Assembly: GCA_963709405.1 (NCBI GenBank)
Contig: CAVPXM010000033.1
Location: 1 to 46,018 of the forward strand
Reading direction: 5' to 3'
Length of the DNA stretch: 46,018 nt
Source: an uncultured Nitrososphaerales archaeon
Lineage (GTDB): Archaea; Thermoproteota; Nitrososphaeria; Nitrososphaerales; Nitrososphaeraceae
Shown here: positions 32,339-42,744 of the stretch, one piece after another
Numbering within the stretch: position 1 is the stretch's first letter
Layout of the letters: every line of letters begins with the position of its first letter
Position numbers and translations under genes: made by a program
The notes under the pieces: generated by a model
Seen by the model: only the letters and a program-made list of their open reading frames with translations
Told to the model about the DNA's origin: nothing
Databases searched by the model: none

Positions 32339-32716
32339 ATGAAAAAAATGATGAATAATATCTTCGCGATAGCTTTCACTGTGGCTATCGGGATTATTGT
32401 AGCGACTTCACCCTCTGCTGCCTCAGTTTTTGGTGCGAGTGGCGCTGGTAATATGACACAGGCAGGTAAAGCAACAGCTGGTAATATGACACAGGCAGGT
32501 AAAGCAACAGCTGGTAATATGACACAGGCAGGTAAAGCAACAGCTGGTAATATGACACAGGCAGGTAAAGCAACAGCTGGTAATATGACACAGGCAGGTA
32601 ACACGACGGCCGGGAATATCACAAAAGTGGGAGGTGGCGTTCTATCAAACCTCAGCAAAGCAGTGGGCGGCAGTCTTAAGGGATTAGGTAATATAATATC
32701 AGGGGGTAAAAAGTAA
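32339..32716 (+). CDS. Secreted protein with an 11-aa tandem repeat AGNMTQAGKAT (paralog A)
   Basis: Signal peptide, about five repeats, amphipathic C-terminus GLGNIISGGKK. Confidence 0.85.
   Translation: MKKMMNNIFAIAFTVAIGIIVATSPSAASVFGASGAGNMTQAGKATAGNMTQAGKATAGNMTQAGKATAGNMTQAGKATAGNMTQAGNTTAGNITKVGGGVLSNLSKAVGGSLKGLGNIISGGKK
32444..32601 (+). repeat. Perfect 33-bp coding tandem repeat, ~4.8 copies
   Basis: Unit gctggtaatatgacacaggcaggtaaagcaaca, no spacers. Confidence 0.97.
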
Positions 32717-32719
32717 AAG

Positions 32720-32835
32720 ACATTGTTGCTATAATTAATATGGCAGCCACCAATTAATTTTTTTTTCTTATTCTTGTTACTGTCATTAGTATTATTGTGA
32801 ATATCAACCTACATAGGATAAGTATCAACATCTAT
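32720..32835 (+). repeat. ~115-bp diverged direct repeat (3' flank of paralog A); second copy at ~35298-35412
   Basis: acattgttgctataat...ccaattaattttt..tcttattcttgttact...tattattgtgaat...tatcaacatcta is shared by both copies. Confidence 0.85.
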
Positions 32836-33044
32836 TCAAGAGATGAATATTATCTGTTCCGACTACAAATCAATATTTCAATCGATTTTGATCGCTAGCA
32901 AATAAAAGTATTATAAAAGAATTTAATCGATGACAAAGCCTCTTCCGTAAGTCTATTATTGAATAAGAATATCATCACTACGAGTGTAGTGAAGTTTTAT
33001 TTATAACCGCTAAATACTGTCATCATCACGTAAGATATCTAACT

Positions 33045-33221
33045 ATGGGCACTTCGTCAACCCTTAGGACTATAATCATCGGAATAATAGCACTTGTAAT
33101 AATAATTGATATTATAATCTTTTTCATAAAGATAGTTGCTCCTCTCTTTGCTGGTTTTATAGTGTTAGCTATATTAATTGGAGTTGGCCTCTGGGTATAT
33201 GGAAGAATGAAAACTCGATAA
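33045..33221 (+). CDS. 58-aa two-helix membrane microprotein (not in the ORF track)
   Basis: MGTSSTLRTIIIGIIALVIIIDIIIFFIKIVAPLFAGFIVLAILIGVGLWVYGRMKTR*; TATA-like sequence at ~32997-33006. Confidence 0.7.
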   Translation: MGTSSTLRTIIIGIIALVIIIDIIIFFIKIVAPLFAGFIVLAILIGVGLWVYGRMKTR

Positions 33222-33370
33222 TATAATACATGTATATCAATAATTGTTGAATAGACTTCTATCAGCCTGGCTGAGGGTAATGAAATACGCATCACGTGTA
33301 ATATGGAATAATGATACAATGGAGAAATAATCTGAAGATAGTCATGGATATAATAACCTGAAATGCCTAT

Positions 33371-33610
33371 ATGAAACTGGATTGCATAAGATATCTGACG
33401 CCAGGGAAATCGAACAGGAAAAGACTAAGCCATATTTCAAGCAAGAATACTGTAGATTTTATGACTTCGATACGAGAAATCTATTCACCACAACGACTCT
33501 CGATGCTATCGAACACCTTGCACAAATTGACGCCTCTTATGACACCGAGACTTGATACATTTATTGATAGGATTTACATGTTACTCAAAGATGAGGAAGA
33601 AGAGAAATGA
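33371..33610 (+). CDS. Hypothetical protein, 79 aa
   Basis: ORF whose stop overlaps the next ATG (ATGA). Confidence 0.45.
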   Translation: MKLDCIRYLTPGKSNRKRLSHISSKNTVDFMTSIREIYSPQRLSMLSNTLHKLTPLMTPRLDTFIDRIYMLLKDEEEEK

Positions 33611-33744
33611 ATTGTGCTAACTGTGGACATGATCGCATCCACCATATAAAGGTCTATTCTAGTGAAAGATGTTGGTTTAGCCGTGAAGACGATAATGCAT
33701 GTGATTGTAAGAAATTTGAGGAAAAAGTAAATGAAATGTGCTAG
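33607..33744 (+). CDS. 45-aa Cys/His-rich zinc-binding microprotein
   Basis: MNCANCGHDRIHH...C...ACDCKKFEE (CxxCGH..H..C..CxC). Confidence 0.6.
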   Translation: MNCANCGHDRIHHIKVYSSERCWFSREDDNACDCKKFEEKVNEMC

Positions 33745-33862
33745 ATGTGGTAAATTTAACTGTGACGAAAAGTTTTACCGGATGGACCTAGCCTTTGTTG
33801 TTGGTGCAGGAAGAAGTTATACGAGGATAAAATGTCCTATCTATTTCAAACACTTTCTTTAA
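33731..33862 (+). CDS. 43-aa Cys-rich microprotein
   Basis: MKCARCGKFNC...KCP; overlaps the previous ORF. Confidence 0.4.
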   Translation: MKCARCGKFNCDEKFYRMDLAFVVGAGRSYTRIKCPIYFKHFL

Positions 33863-34351
33863 CATTTCCTCACAGTGCTTACAATCTTCCTTATCGGCAT
33901 GTTCTTGGACAAGATGTCTAGAAATTTGAGTAAATCATTCATAATTTCCTTATCGGTCATTACCTTTAGATGAGGTATGACTTTATCTTCTTTGTCCGTC
34001 ACTAGGGGTTAGCCAAAACCAATCTAATTTATATTGATTAAAAGAACCGCCGTAACTCGATATGAAGTAAGAATCCCGGAGTAATAGGAACCGAGTTTCG
34101 ACGGCTTTGGTCTCTACGTCTAGGTAATTATTATCTAGGCAACATTCTATTTAATAACCCAATCATCTTTCAAATTGGATGAGTTCCAACGTCCAGGCAA
34201 ACATTTGATGATTAATATTCTATATAAAAATACAAAATATTTGAGCACACTTAAAGCTAAAATAAGAATTGTCATCGCAAGTATAGGAATTGGTGATAAG
34301 GAGTCTACTGCTGGGTTGCAAACAAAGAATAAGTAAGTCAGAGATGACATA

Positions 34352-34576
34352 GTGAGAAAGATGGAACAAGCAGATGTAACTGATAACGTCATAACCACTA
34401 ATGCTAATCCCAACGAGGTAACAGAGGAACAACAACTGATAACGAAGACGGATAATGGTGTAACACAAAAACATGCAGAGACAGCAAATCTTGAAGAGAA
34501 ATCAGGAATATATAGAATGGCTCATGAAGACATCGATCGTCTCTATAACGAAATAACAGGATTTATGGCTCCTTAA
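34352..34576 (+). CDS. Hypothetical acidic protein, ~71-74 aa
   Basis: Protein-like ORF ending YRMAHEDIDRLYNEITGFMAP; start at GTG 34352 or ATG 34361. Confidence 0.55.
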   Translation: MRKMEQADVTDNVITTNANPNEVTEEQQLITKTDNGVTQKHAETANLEEKSGIYRMAHEDIDRLYNEITGFMAP

Positions 34577-34687
34577 GGCGCATATGTTGTCCTAAACTAG
34601 ATACGGGACCGAACTCATTCTAGTCAATATTTCTGGATATTAAATGAATTGATTACGACAGTTCTATATAGATTCACAACCACAAAA

Positions 34688-35253
34688 GGGCTCTGTAAAG
34701 TTAAGGAAAAATCTATAGCTCTATGTCTCCAATATAGCTTATGATATGTCAGATAAGAAAGAGAACAGAACCTGAGGATATAGCATATTCTCTGTATCTT
34801 TATTTCCTTGGTCTTTCATTAAGAAATACTTCCAAAGCCATACTGCCATAAGAGACTGGATTCAAAAATACAAACCTGAGATATTAGGTTCTAAGAAAAT
34901 ACGTATTACCGAGTTCCTTCAAATAAGCATATCCAAAGAAAGAAATATGTTTGTTGCAGAACATTTTATACAATCTCTGATTAGAAAATATGGAGAACAT
35001 CCTATTTCAACGGATGGCGGCACATGGTATCCACAGGCCTGTAAATTCTTAAAAATAAAGCATAATCTTCATTCTGCATTTGAAAAAAGCATAATCGAGA
35101 GAACGATACAATACATCAAAGACAGAACCGAATGTTTTGACGATTATTTTCCTTGTAGAAAAAATAAATGTAAATTGCAACACATACAGAGATGGCTGAA
35201 TCTATTTGTTTCTCATCATAACAAGGGGTTGGTATCTTAACTTTACAGAGCCC
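34688..35253 (+). mobile_element. IS6-family element, internally deleted
   Basis: Perfect 18-bp TIR GGGCTCTGTAAAGTTAAG / CTTAACTTTACAGAGCCC. N-terminal remnant YSLYLYFLGLSLRNTS; C-terminal ORF 34947-35240 with STDGGTWYP and IIERTIQYIKDR; the first DDE Asp region is missing. Confidence 0.92.
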
Positions 35254-35297
35254 TTAGATATCTATACCAAGGATATATTCTGTGACACGTCGGATGT

Positions 35298-35412
35298 ACA
35301 TTGTTGCTATAATGAACATATCGACAACCAATTAATTTTTTTCTCTTATTCTTGTTACTATGATTAATATTATTGTGAATTTCAGTCTACCTTCTGAGCA
35401 TATCAACATCTA
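35298..35412 (+). repeat. Second copy of the paralog A 3' flank, with no upstream gene
   Basis: Similar to 32720-32835; starts ~45 bp after the IS6 right end. Confidence 0.85.
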
Positions 35413-36121
35413 CTGGAAAGCTAATCTTATCAGTTCCACATGCTTCAGCGCGCATACAGGGCATATAACGTCGAAAGTTCTGAAAAGATTGGTTCCAATA
35501 AAACTACTATTCTTTCTATTCCAATCGCCATATTGGGTGCCAAATTGGAAGACGATACATTTGCACTCTATAGATTGAGATTCCCTCCTTGAGTCTATCC
35601 GATCGAAGAGTAAGAGGCAGTAGGAAGTGACGAACTTTGTGCTAAACTTCTCGTAAGACAGCAGAGTAGGGTAACGCCAGTCGGACTTTCAGAAATAGAC
35701 TTACATAGATTATGATAAATGGATTGCAATGTTGGCCATAAATGAAATTAAGACTTTCGATGCAAAGACCTGAGGTATCCCACATGTCGCTACAATAGAT
35801 AAAGCTGGGTTCAAACAGTTGAAGCGGGATGAAGTTGTGACGCTCTATAACGCGTACAGAGAAATAATAGCGTCAAGATTGTCAGATAAATTTGGAATCA
35901 AGAAGGAAAGAGCCCTGGCATTATATCCTGAACCATGACCCGACAGTTAACACTCTAATAGAGGACCTGTAAAGTTAACAGAACCGTTTATAGTTATCCT
36001 AATATTCTAGCTTCTAAATAATACTCCTCAGTTTGAAAGTCAAATTAACTTGTTATCAGGCTGTAATAAGAAAAAATTAATTCTTATATTCTCGATATTT
36101 GCGCAAGAAGAGTGCTTCTTC

Positions 36122-36562
36122 TTACTTACCTCCTGATAATACGTTACCAAGACCCTTCAGACCGCCACCTACTGCTTCGCGGAGCTTCGTTACGGCAGTG
36201 CCAGCGGCTTTTGTGACATTCCCTGCCGTCGCGTTCCCTGCCTTTGTCAAATTACCTGCCGTCGCGTTCCCTGCCTTTGTCAAATTACCTGCCGTCGCGT
36301 TCCCTGCCTTTGTCAAATTACCTGCTGTCGGACTAGCAGTCGGCGGAAATGGAGCTGACGGAGTTCCTTGACCTGAGAGAGTCGTTTTTGTCGTATTACC
36401 TACCTTTGTCATATTACCAGCTGTTGCTTTACCTGCTTGTGTCATATTACCTGGGGCAGTCGCACCAAGAACTGAGGCAGCAGAAGGTGAAGTCGCTAAT
36501 ATAATCCCGGTAGCCACAGCTAAAGCTATCGCGAAGGTATTATTCATCATTTTCATCATCAT
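36122..36562 (-). CDS. Secreted protein with 11-aa repeats AGNLTKAGNAT (paralog B)
   Basis: Signal peptide and C-terminus are closely similar to 32339-32716; ~100 nt of upstream sequence is also homologous. Confidence 0.85.
   Translation of the reverse strand: MMMKMMNNTFAIALAVATGIILATSPSAASVLGATAPGNMTQAGKATAGNMTKVGNTTKTTLSGQGTPSAPFPPTASPTAGNLTKAGNATAGNLTKAGNATAGNLTKAGNATAGNVTKAAGTAVTKLREAVGGGLKGLGNVLSGGK
36222..36325 (-). repeat. Perfect 33-bp coding tandem repeat, three copies
   Basis: Unit (+ strand) cctgccgtcgcgttccctgcctttgtcaaatta. Confidence 0.97.
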
Positions 36563-36872
36563 GAAGAGCGTAGATCTGTGTTTTAATCTTTACCGTTTTG
36601 AAGGAATAGATTATCGTTTATGTTGTGGTAGTTTAGCGGGGTAGTATTAGCCTAAGTCGGAGTAAGGTTAAAATGGTGTGAGAAATAACATAACAGGATC
36701 AGCGGCCAATACCACAAGTGAATCCATATAATAGACACGCATTAAGCACTAAGGAAGCGTTATCATTTATTGTTACCCGTTGAAGCAAGATAAGTGTATC
36801 AAATAAGCGCTCGGTTACAGAGTATTAATCAATTGAGCTAAACGGTTATAGAATGGCATTAATGGTCAAGCA

Positions 36873-37825
36873 GGCTCTGTAGAAAACATAAATGTAAAAA
36901 GATTAGTCAATCTATGCATGTTTAGGTTATGCATCTGAATGACAATTCCCTATTCTGTGTTCTAGTCAATCTAGACATCAGATGCTCTCCAAATAGTCGT
37001 TTTATAAGAGATTATGGTTTCATCTTTGTTTCGTTGATTGTACAGCAATTTGGAATCGTTGCGTTTCATCTCTTTTTCTGTATTTACCATGTGTTCTCCA
37101 TATAGGCACGTGTTCGTATCTAGCTGGGATTATACTGAATGCATGCAAATCTTCTCTTACCAAAAGGTGATTCTCTTCACTATCGTAGCCCTTATCAGCT
37201 GTAACTACAGATAATGGAAGGATATTTGATGTCCTTGTTATGATTGGCCTGAAATCTATATTATCATGTCTTGTAGGAGCTCGTCTTATCTTAATAGTAC
37301 ATATGATTTGCTGTAATACGTCAGCTCCAATTGATAATTTCGCATATTTTCTTCTCAACCCTGTTCGATCAGCATAGTCCTGGGATGAATGAGTTATGTT
37401 GAATCCTGTCGAATCTATTCCTACAAAGATATGCTTGGTACCGCTAATTACAATGAGTGACGAAATTATCTTTTCAAGCAAGGCATTGTTAATTCTTTCT
37501 GTAAATTTCTGCAATGTTGTAAAATGAGGAATACGTGATAATCCTAAAAATAATCTTAGGTAATAGGCTTCGATTAACCACTCGACAAACATCCTATAAC
37601 TCTTTCTTACCCTCGTACTGTCTTATTGAAAGCAATACTAAATGCTGCCACATCGTGAAGACATGATTGCTCTTTCTGTGAAGAAACAGTCGTATCCTTG
37701 AATTTCTCAAAACACGGTACATCGTATTTGCCAGCCTAACATATCTTGATTCTTTCAACATCCATATTGGATCATACGTCTACAAAGCTCTAACGGTATT
37801 CAAAACATGGTGCTTCTACAGAACC
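36873..37825 (-). mobile_element. IS5-family (DDE_Tnp_1) element, ~950 bp, with a disrupted transposase
   Basis: TIRs GGCTCTGTAGAA / TTCTACAGAACC; 9-bp target duplication ggtcaagca / tgtcaagca (one mismatch). Transposase motifs IPHFTTLQKF, GIDSTG, ADKGYDS and NQRNKDET lie across frameshifts. Confidence 0.92.
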
Positions 37826-38103
37826 TGTCAAGCACTAACAATACGTATAGAGAAATAATTTTGTCCAAGCCATATTGTTCTTTGTTCTTATAAAGCCATC
37901 TAACGTGTTATCCAATGATGGCATTAAGGTGCACAAACGACCCGGAGAGTCTTTATAGACTATTATGATTGGTGAATGCATCGCTTTTACATTTTCAGGT
38001 GAATCAAAAACAAATATACCATCCTTTGTTTTGCAAATTTGACAGTCACTTATTATATTGCGTAATACTATTATACTAATTACTTTGCATAGATGCACAT
38101 AGG

Positions 38104-38661
38104 ATGAATCAAGAATTTCTTTCTAAGAACATTACGAACATTACTTCTAGAAATTACATCACGTTAAATGAAGATAATACGGTAAGCGATGCAGTAAAGG
38201 CTATGCATAATGGAGATGTATCTAGTATTATAATAGCTAAGAAGACTACTCAACAGCCTATAGGAATTGTTACTGAAAGAGACATTTTATACAGAGTAAT
38301 AGGAGAAGATAGAAATCCATCTGAAACAACGTTAAGAAGCATAATGAGCAGTCCGCTTGTTTCTGTAAGTGATGAAACATCAGTAAAGGAAGCAATTTGT
38401 ATAATGAGAAACAGGCATATAAGACGACTATTAGTGAAGAAACAGGATGATAGCATTTTAGGAATCACTACTCTTAGATCAGCTATAGGTAACATCCCGA
38501 GCCAAGGAATAGATTTAGCTGAAGTTGAATTGCCCGGTGAAAGCCCATCAGAAAGTATTGGTAAACTTGCTATGATCGTTTGTCCTTATTGTCAATCTAC
38601 GTTTAAAGATAAGGAAAAGATAGATGAGCATATAAATTCTTGTCACTTGTTGAATTGTTAA
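38104..38661 (+). CDS. CBS-pair protein with a C-terminal zinc finger
   Basis: IGIVTERDI, IMSSPLVSV, IRRLLV; C-terminal CPYC...HINSCH. Confidence 0.9.
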   Translation: MNQEFLSKNITNITSRNYITLNEDNTVSDAVKAMHNGDVSSIIIAKKTTQQPIGIVTERDILYRVIGEDRNPSETTLRSIMSSPLVSVSDETSVKEAICIMRNRHIRRLLVKKQDDSILGITTLRSAIGNIPSQGIDLAEVELPGESPSESIGKLAMIVCPYCQSTFKDKEKIDEHINSCHLLNC

Positions 38662-38737
38662 ACCAATGAATCTCATCTTAAAAGTGGGTTCATAATTAAA
38701 AGCTACTATTATTGCTTCTAATTATAACCTAATCATA

Positions 38738-39544
38738 CTACATTGGCTTGTTACTGGCTTCTATTAATGCTCGAACAATGTCGGTTTTAGTTATAATGCC
38801 ATTTAAATCACTACTACTAGAAGCTACGGGTATACCACTAATTCTTTTATCATACATAATCTGTGCAACCTCAGCTAGATCAGCATTTTTATTGATAATC
38901 AGAGGTTTATTCATCACATCTCTTGCCAATATAATATATCCTATACCTGATAGATCCTTAGACTCTATGCCGTGACCTTCAACAAAAGATGTTATCGGCA
39001 TGAGATCCCTAGAAGTTATTATACCAACTATCTCATTTCCTCTCGTGACAACAACTCTTGAGATCTTGTTTTTAATCATCAATATAAGTGCTGTATGTAA
39101 TGTATGCGATGGTGAAATAGTATATACATCTTTGGTCATGAATTCACTAACCAGATACGTTCCTCTGTAATGTTCAGCGTACAGCTTTACAAGATCGCTC
39201 TTCGTCAGAATATTTAAGGAAGTACCATCTATAACTACAAGTGAACTTATATTATTTTCAATCATCATCTTTGCACATCTATTAATACTAGCGTCAATGC
39301 TTACAGTAACTATAGGACTCCTCATTGTTTTAGAAATGGCAATCGCATCAAGAGGCTCATTTAAATTCTTAAACAGGTAGCTCGCAATCGCCTTTTCTGT
39401 GACCATACCAATAGGCCTATTGTTCGCAGCTACTATGACCCTACTAATATTGTGTCTAATCATCATATCTCGGGCATCGCTCAAGTTCCATGTTGGTTCA
39501 ACTGTTATAGCCTTCTTGCAAGCATCCTTGGTAGTAAAATTCAT
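38738..39544 (-). CDS. Four-CBS-domain protein
   Basis: HNISRV/GMVTEK, NNISSL/ILTKSD, NKISRV/GIITSRD, KRISGIP/GIITKTD. Confidence 0.92.
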   Translation of the reverse strand: MNFTTKDACKKAITVEPTWNLSDARDMMIRHNISRVIVAANNRPIGMVTEKAIASYLFKNLNEPLDAIAISKTMRSPIVTVSIDASINRCAKMMIENNISSLVVIDGTSLNILTKSDLVKLYAEHYRGTYLVSEFMTKDVYTISPSHTLHTALILMIKNKISRVVVTRGNEIVGIITSRDLMPITSFVEGHGIESKDLSGIGYIILARDVMNKPLIINKNADLAEVAQIMYDKRISGIPVASSSSDLNGIITKTDIVRALIEASNKPM

Positions 39545-39891
39545 TTTAAGTGCTGGTCATTGCTAGCCATATATTATCATAACGAGACTAGCATTGGCAT
39601 ACCTTGTGGGTAATTATTAGCAAAATGACATTAAAGTCAGCTGGCGTTACCCGGATTTTTGTGAGGAGACTGACACCTTGGACTAGATACCAATATCAGT
39701 GATGTACTGACACATTAATACTGCTTACATCCATTTTTTATTCCGTCACGATAATAGGTTGCTAGCCATAGAATACTATATAGTTGGACTTTCGGTTATA
39801 AGGGCTAATAAAAATACTGCAGAACAACGCACTGTGTTCATCGAGCTTTTTAAGTTAGATACGATAGTTGAGAGTTGAGGACTGGTTCTGC

Positions 39892-40233
39892 ATGAAAAAA
39901 TTAGAGATAATAATCCCACATCGAAGACTAGATGATGTTAGTGAAATACTGAAAAGTGCTAATACCGGTGGCATGAGTCAATACAAAATTGAAGGAAGAG
40001 GAAAAGTGAAAGCAGAACCCGTTGAAGTTGCTAGAGGAACCGCTCGCTACACTCCAGAATTTATTCCTAGGACTAAGGTTGAGGTGATAGTTAAAGACGA
40101 TCAGGTTGAAACGTTGATCAGCAACCTACTTGAAAAATTAGGTGGTGATGCTCTGGGAGGAAAGATATTTGTAACAGACGTGCAAATTGCAGTAGATTTA
40201 TCTTCTAAAAAGCGTGGAGAATCTACAATCTAG
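39892..40233 (+). CDS. P-II family signal transduction protein (divergent GlnB/GlnK-like)
   Basis: MKKLEIII, GGMSQYKIEGRG, T-loop RGTARY..EFIPRTKVEVIV, GGKIFV; ATG at 39892. Confidence 0.9.
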   Translation: MKKLEIIIPHRRLDDVSEILKSANTGGMSQYKIEGRGKVKAEPVEVARGTARYTPEFIPRTKVEVIVKDDQVETLISNLLEKLGGDALGGKIFVTDVQIAVDLSSKKRGESTI

Positions 40234-40645
40234 TAACGGAAAGAGAGAGAAATTCCTTTTCAGGCTCATGTACAAAGTAAATACATAGGGATAAGCCTGG
40301 CACATATTCACTAATGAAATGCTCGAATTATGCCTGTCCTACGCCAATTAAGGCCACTATAGCCATTACAATTCTTGAGGTAATATGAATTCCATTCATA
40401 ACTCTACAAATCTATATCAAATTTGGATGAACGAAGATTTTGAATAAAAATCATGTTATCTTAATGCATGGCAATCATCTATAAGAAATTTTATTGCAAC
40501 TTCTGCTCAAAAGCATGGGAGTAGTAAGGCGACACAAAGCAAAAAGTGAATGCCCCTGAGTTAGTAGAGACGTTGATATGTCAACTATTCGTGCGAATCT
40601 GTTACTGTCGTTTATCAGCACAATTATTTGGACTGCACGATCGAT

Positions 40646-41074
40646 TTATTGTGATTCTAAAACAACTTTCTTCGATATTCTATCTAATGCTTCTTGGGTT
40701 CCGCTCAAGATATGCCTTTTTATAATTTCGGCGAAGATTGCGAAAAGGCCCTTTACCCTGATGTCCCATTCAACGTCAATCCGAGTGGAATTATTTTCAA
40801 TATGGCTGAGTGTAATCGTTTTCTTGCCTTTCATTGGTCCTTCAATAATTTCTACATTGATTGACTTTTTGGGATCTAATGTTACGATCTCTCTGCATAC
40901 AGAATTTCTGAAGGCTATCACTACCTCCCTTTCGACGGTGTTTCCTTTTTTGCTAATATTTCGTATTTGCTTAGTGCCCCGCCAGAACTCAGGGTCCCTA
41001 TCAATATCTGAGATGACACTCCATACTATATCAACTGACGCTGCCATTTCTCTACTGGCGTGAATAAGAACCAT
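40646..41074 (-). CDS. SRPBCC (polyketide cyclase/START-like) protein
   Basis: ASVDIVWSVISD...PEFW, IIEGP, TRIDVEW, C-terminal helix ALDRI. Confidence 0.88.
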   Translation of the reverse strand: MVLIHASREMAASVDIVWSVISDIDRDPEFWRGTKQIRNISKKGNTVEREVVIAFRNSVCREIVTLDPKKSINVEIIEGPMKGKKTITLSHIENNSTRIDVEWDIRVKGLFAIFAEIIKRHILSGTQEALDRISKKVVLESQ

Positions 41075-41484
41075 CTATTTTCACTATCTAATTCTGTGTT
41101 CATATAGTATATCATTCTTTATCATGAGCTTATTTGTTAACATTTCACGTTGATAGCCGCTGCCGAGATAAAACAAATTATTGGAAATCATTATCGCAAT
41201 CATCTTGATAAATTATTTTCTCATTTTTGCTAGAATATAAGCGGAATTAACATCTCGACATTACTTCATCCCTGACCTTCTAATGCCAGGGAACATTTAC
41301 AGGCCCTAGCCCAGTTACAAAATTGGGATTAAATTATGTCCATTTTTTCTCGCTATCCAACCAAACCTGATAGTATTTTCGGCGCACGCGAGTCGGTGTC
41401 AAGCTTAAAAATTTTATTATAATGCCGACAATTCTTTCGTAGATAATATTACCCATTTCTTAATCTTAACATAAATGTACTTCA

Positions 41485-42744
41485 CTATCTGCCGGGATCA
41501 TCATAATTAGATGTACCAAATTTTCTAACTGCTTCAGCATATTCTTTTCGTTCTCTTGCAGCATTCATAATGTCTGTTTTACTCACCAGACCAATTAAAT
41601 TTCCTTCTTCACTGCAAATAAATACTTTGCCCATATTTTTCCTTGTCATTTCCAGTAGTGCCTCATCAGCTTTTCTATTTGCATTCATCAAGATTAGTTC
41701 TGTTTTGCGAATCATTATGTCTCTCGTTCTTGTTGCCGATCTCCTAGATTCTGGTACGGCCCAGGCGTCCTTGAACGTGACCATTCCTAATAAATAACTA
41801 TTATCAGTTACCACAGGAAATGAATCTTTAGAGTATAGATTGAAATAGTTCCGGATCAGGCTATCTATTGTTAGATCCTCTTTGACAGCAATTACACTGG
41901 TATTCATGATATTAATAAGGGGAACCTTGGATAGGATTGATGTTATCTCATATTGTTGTAAATAGGATTGTGCTCCACTATTTAAAAACCAACCTATAAG
42001 CAATATCCAAATGCCACCTGTAAATGAGCCAGAAAGCATAGTAAGGATACCAAATGCTATAAATCCATAAGATATTCCTATACCCACTTTTACAGATATT
42101 TTTGTAGCTTGATCATAGTCTTTTTTCCAACGCAACAATGACGAACGTAATACTCTGCCACCATCTAATGGAAATGCCGGTATTAAGTTGAATACACCCA
42201 GAAGTATGTTTATTAGCATTCCGTAGCGAAGGACTGCTTTTGCAATGTTTGCGATCGTTATTAACGGGAACATCTCATTGTTATAGTGTGCTGTTACTAA
42301 TCCTGTAGCAGCGTTATTGCTACTGCTAATAAGTAGAGACGATAGCGCTACCCACAATAATCCAAGTACGCCTGCAATAATAAAACTAGTAACAGGCCCT
42401 ACTATAGCTATTTTGAATTCTTTACGGAAATCTTTTGAGGAATCTTCCTCTGACTTTTCTTCAATGTCAGATACTCCACCAAAAATAAATAATATTATTT
42501 GACGTACTTTGAGTCCATAGCTTATCGCAACAATAGAGTGAGCTAGTTCATGTAAAAGAACTGAAATAAACAAAATTGCTGCGCCTATGATACCGCTGGA
42601 CCAATATTCTACTGGGCTAAGTCTAGGATAGATTTGGGGCAGTAATTGTACAGATACCGACCACGTTATTAGAATGAATGCAATCAGCAGTGTGAAATGT
42701 AACCGGATTGGTATGCCTCTAATTTTTCCTACTTGTAATGACAG
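41485..42744 (-). CDS. Site-2 protease (M50) with a C-terminal CBS pair; probable CTG start at 42744
   Basis: HELAH, AIVGP, FNLIPAFPLDGGR. The frame is open 57 codons upstream of 42573 and encodes the typical LQVGKIRGIPIRLHFT N-terminus. Confidence 0.92.
   Translation of the reverse strand: MSLQVGKIRGIPIRLHFTLLIAFILITWSVSVQLLPQIYPRLSPVEYWSSGIIGAAILFISVLLHELAHSIVAISYGLKVRQIILFIFGGVSDIEEKSEEDSSKDFRKEFKIAIVGPVTSFIIAGVLGLLWVALSSLLISSSNNAATGLVTAHYNNEMFPLITIANIAKAVLRYGMLINILLGVFNLIPAFPLDGGRVLRSSLLRWKKDYDQATKISVKVGIGISYGFIAFGILTMLSGSFTGGIWILLIGWFLNSGAQSYLQQYEITSILSKVPLINIMNTSVIAVKEDLTIDSLIRNYFNLYSKDSFPVVTDNSYLLGMVTFKDAWAVPESRRSATRTRDIMIRKTELILMNANRKADEALLEMTRKNMGKVFICSEEGNLIGLVSKTDIMNAARERKEYAEAVRKFGTSNYDDPGR

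Noticed and set aside
32444-32601. 33-bp repeats (also 36222-36325) as a CRISPR array
   Set aside because: Units are head-to-tail with no spacers, in frame within coding genes, and no cas genes are present.
32296-32658. Antisense repeat ORFs (32296-32658, 32394-32591, 36099-36371)
   Set aside because: Shadows of the repeat genes; the sense ORFs have signal peptides and conserved promoters.
40578-41063. 161-aa plus-strand ORF and similar antisense ORFs inside polB2, GT4, the kinase, CBS, M50, Usp and VOC genes
   Set aside because: They overlap confidently assigned genes on the opposite strand and have no motifs.
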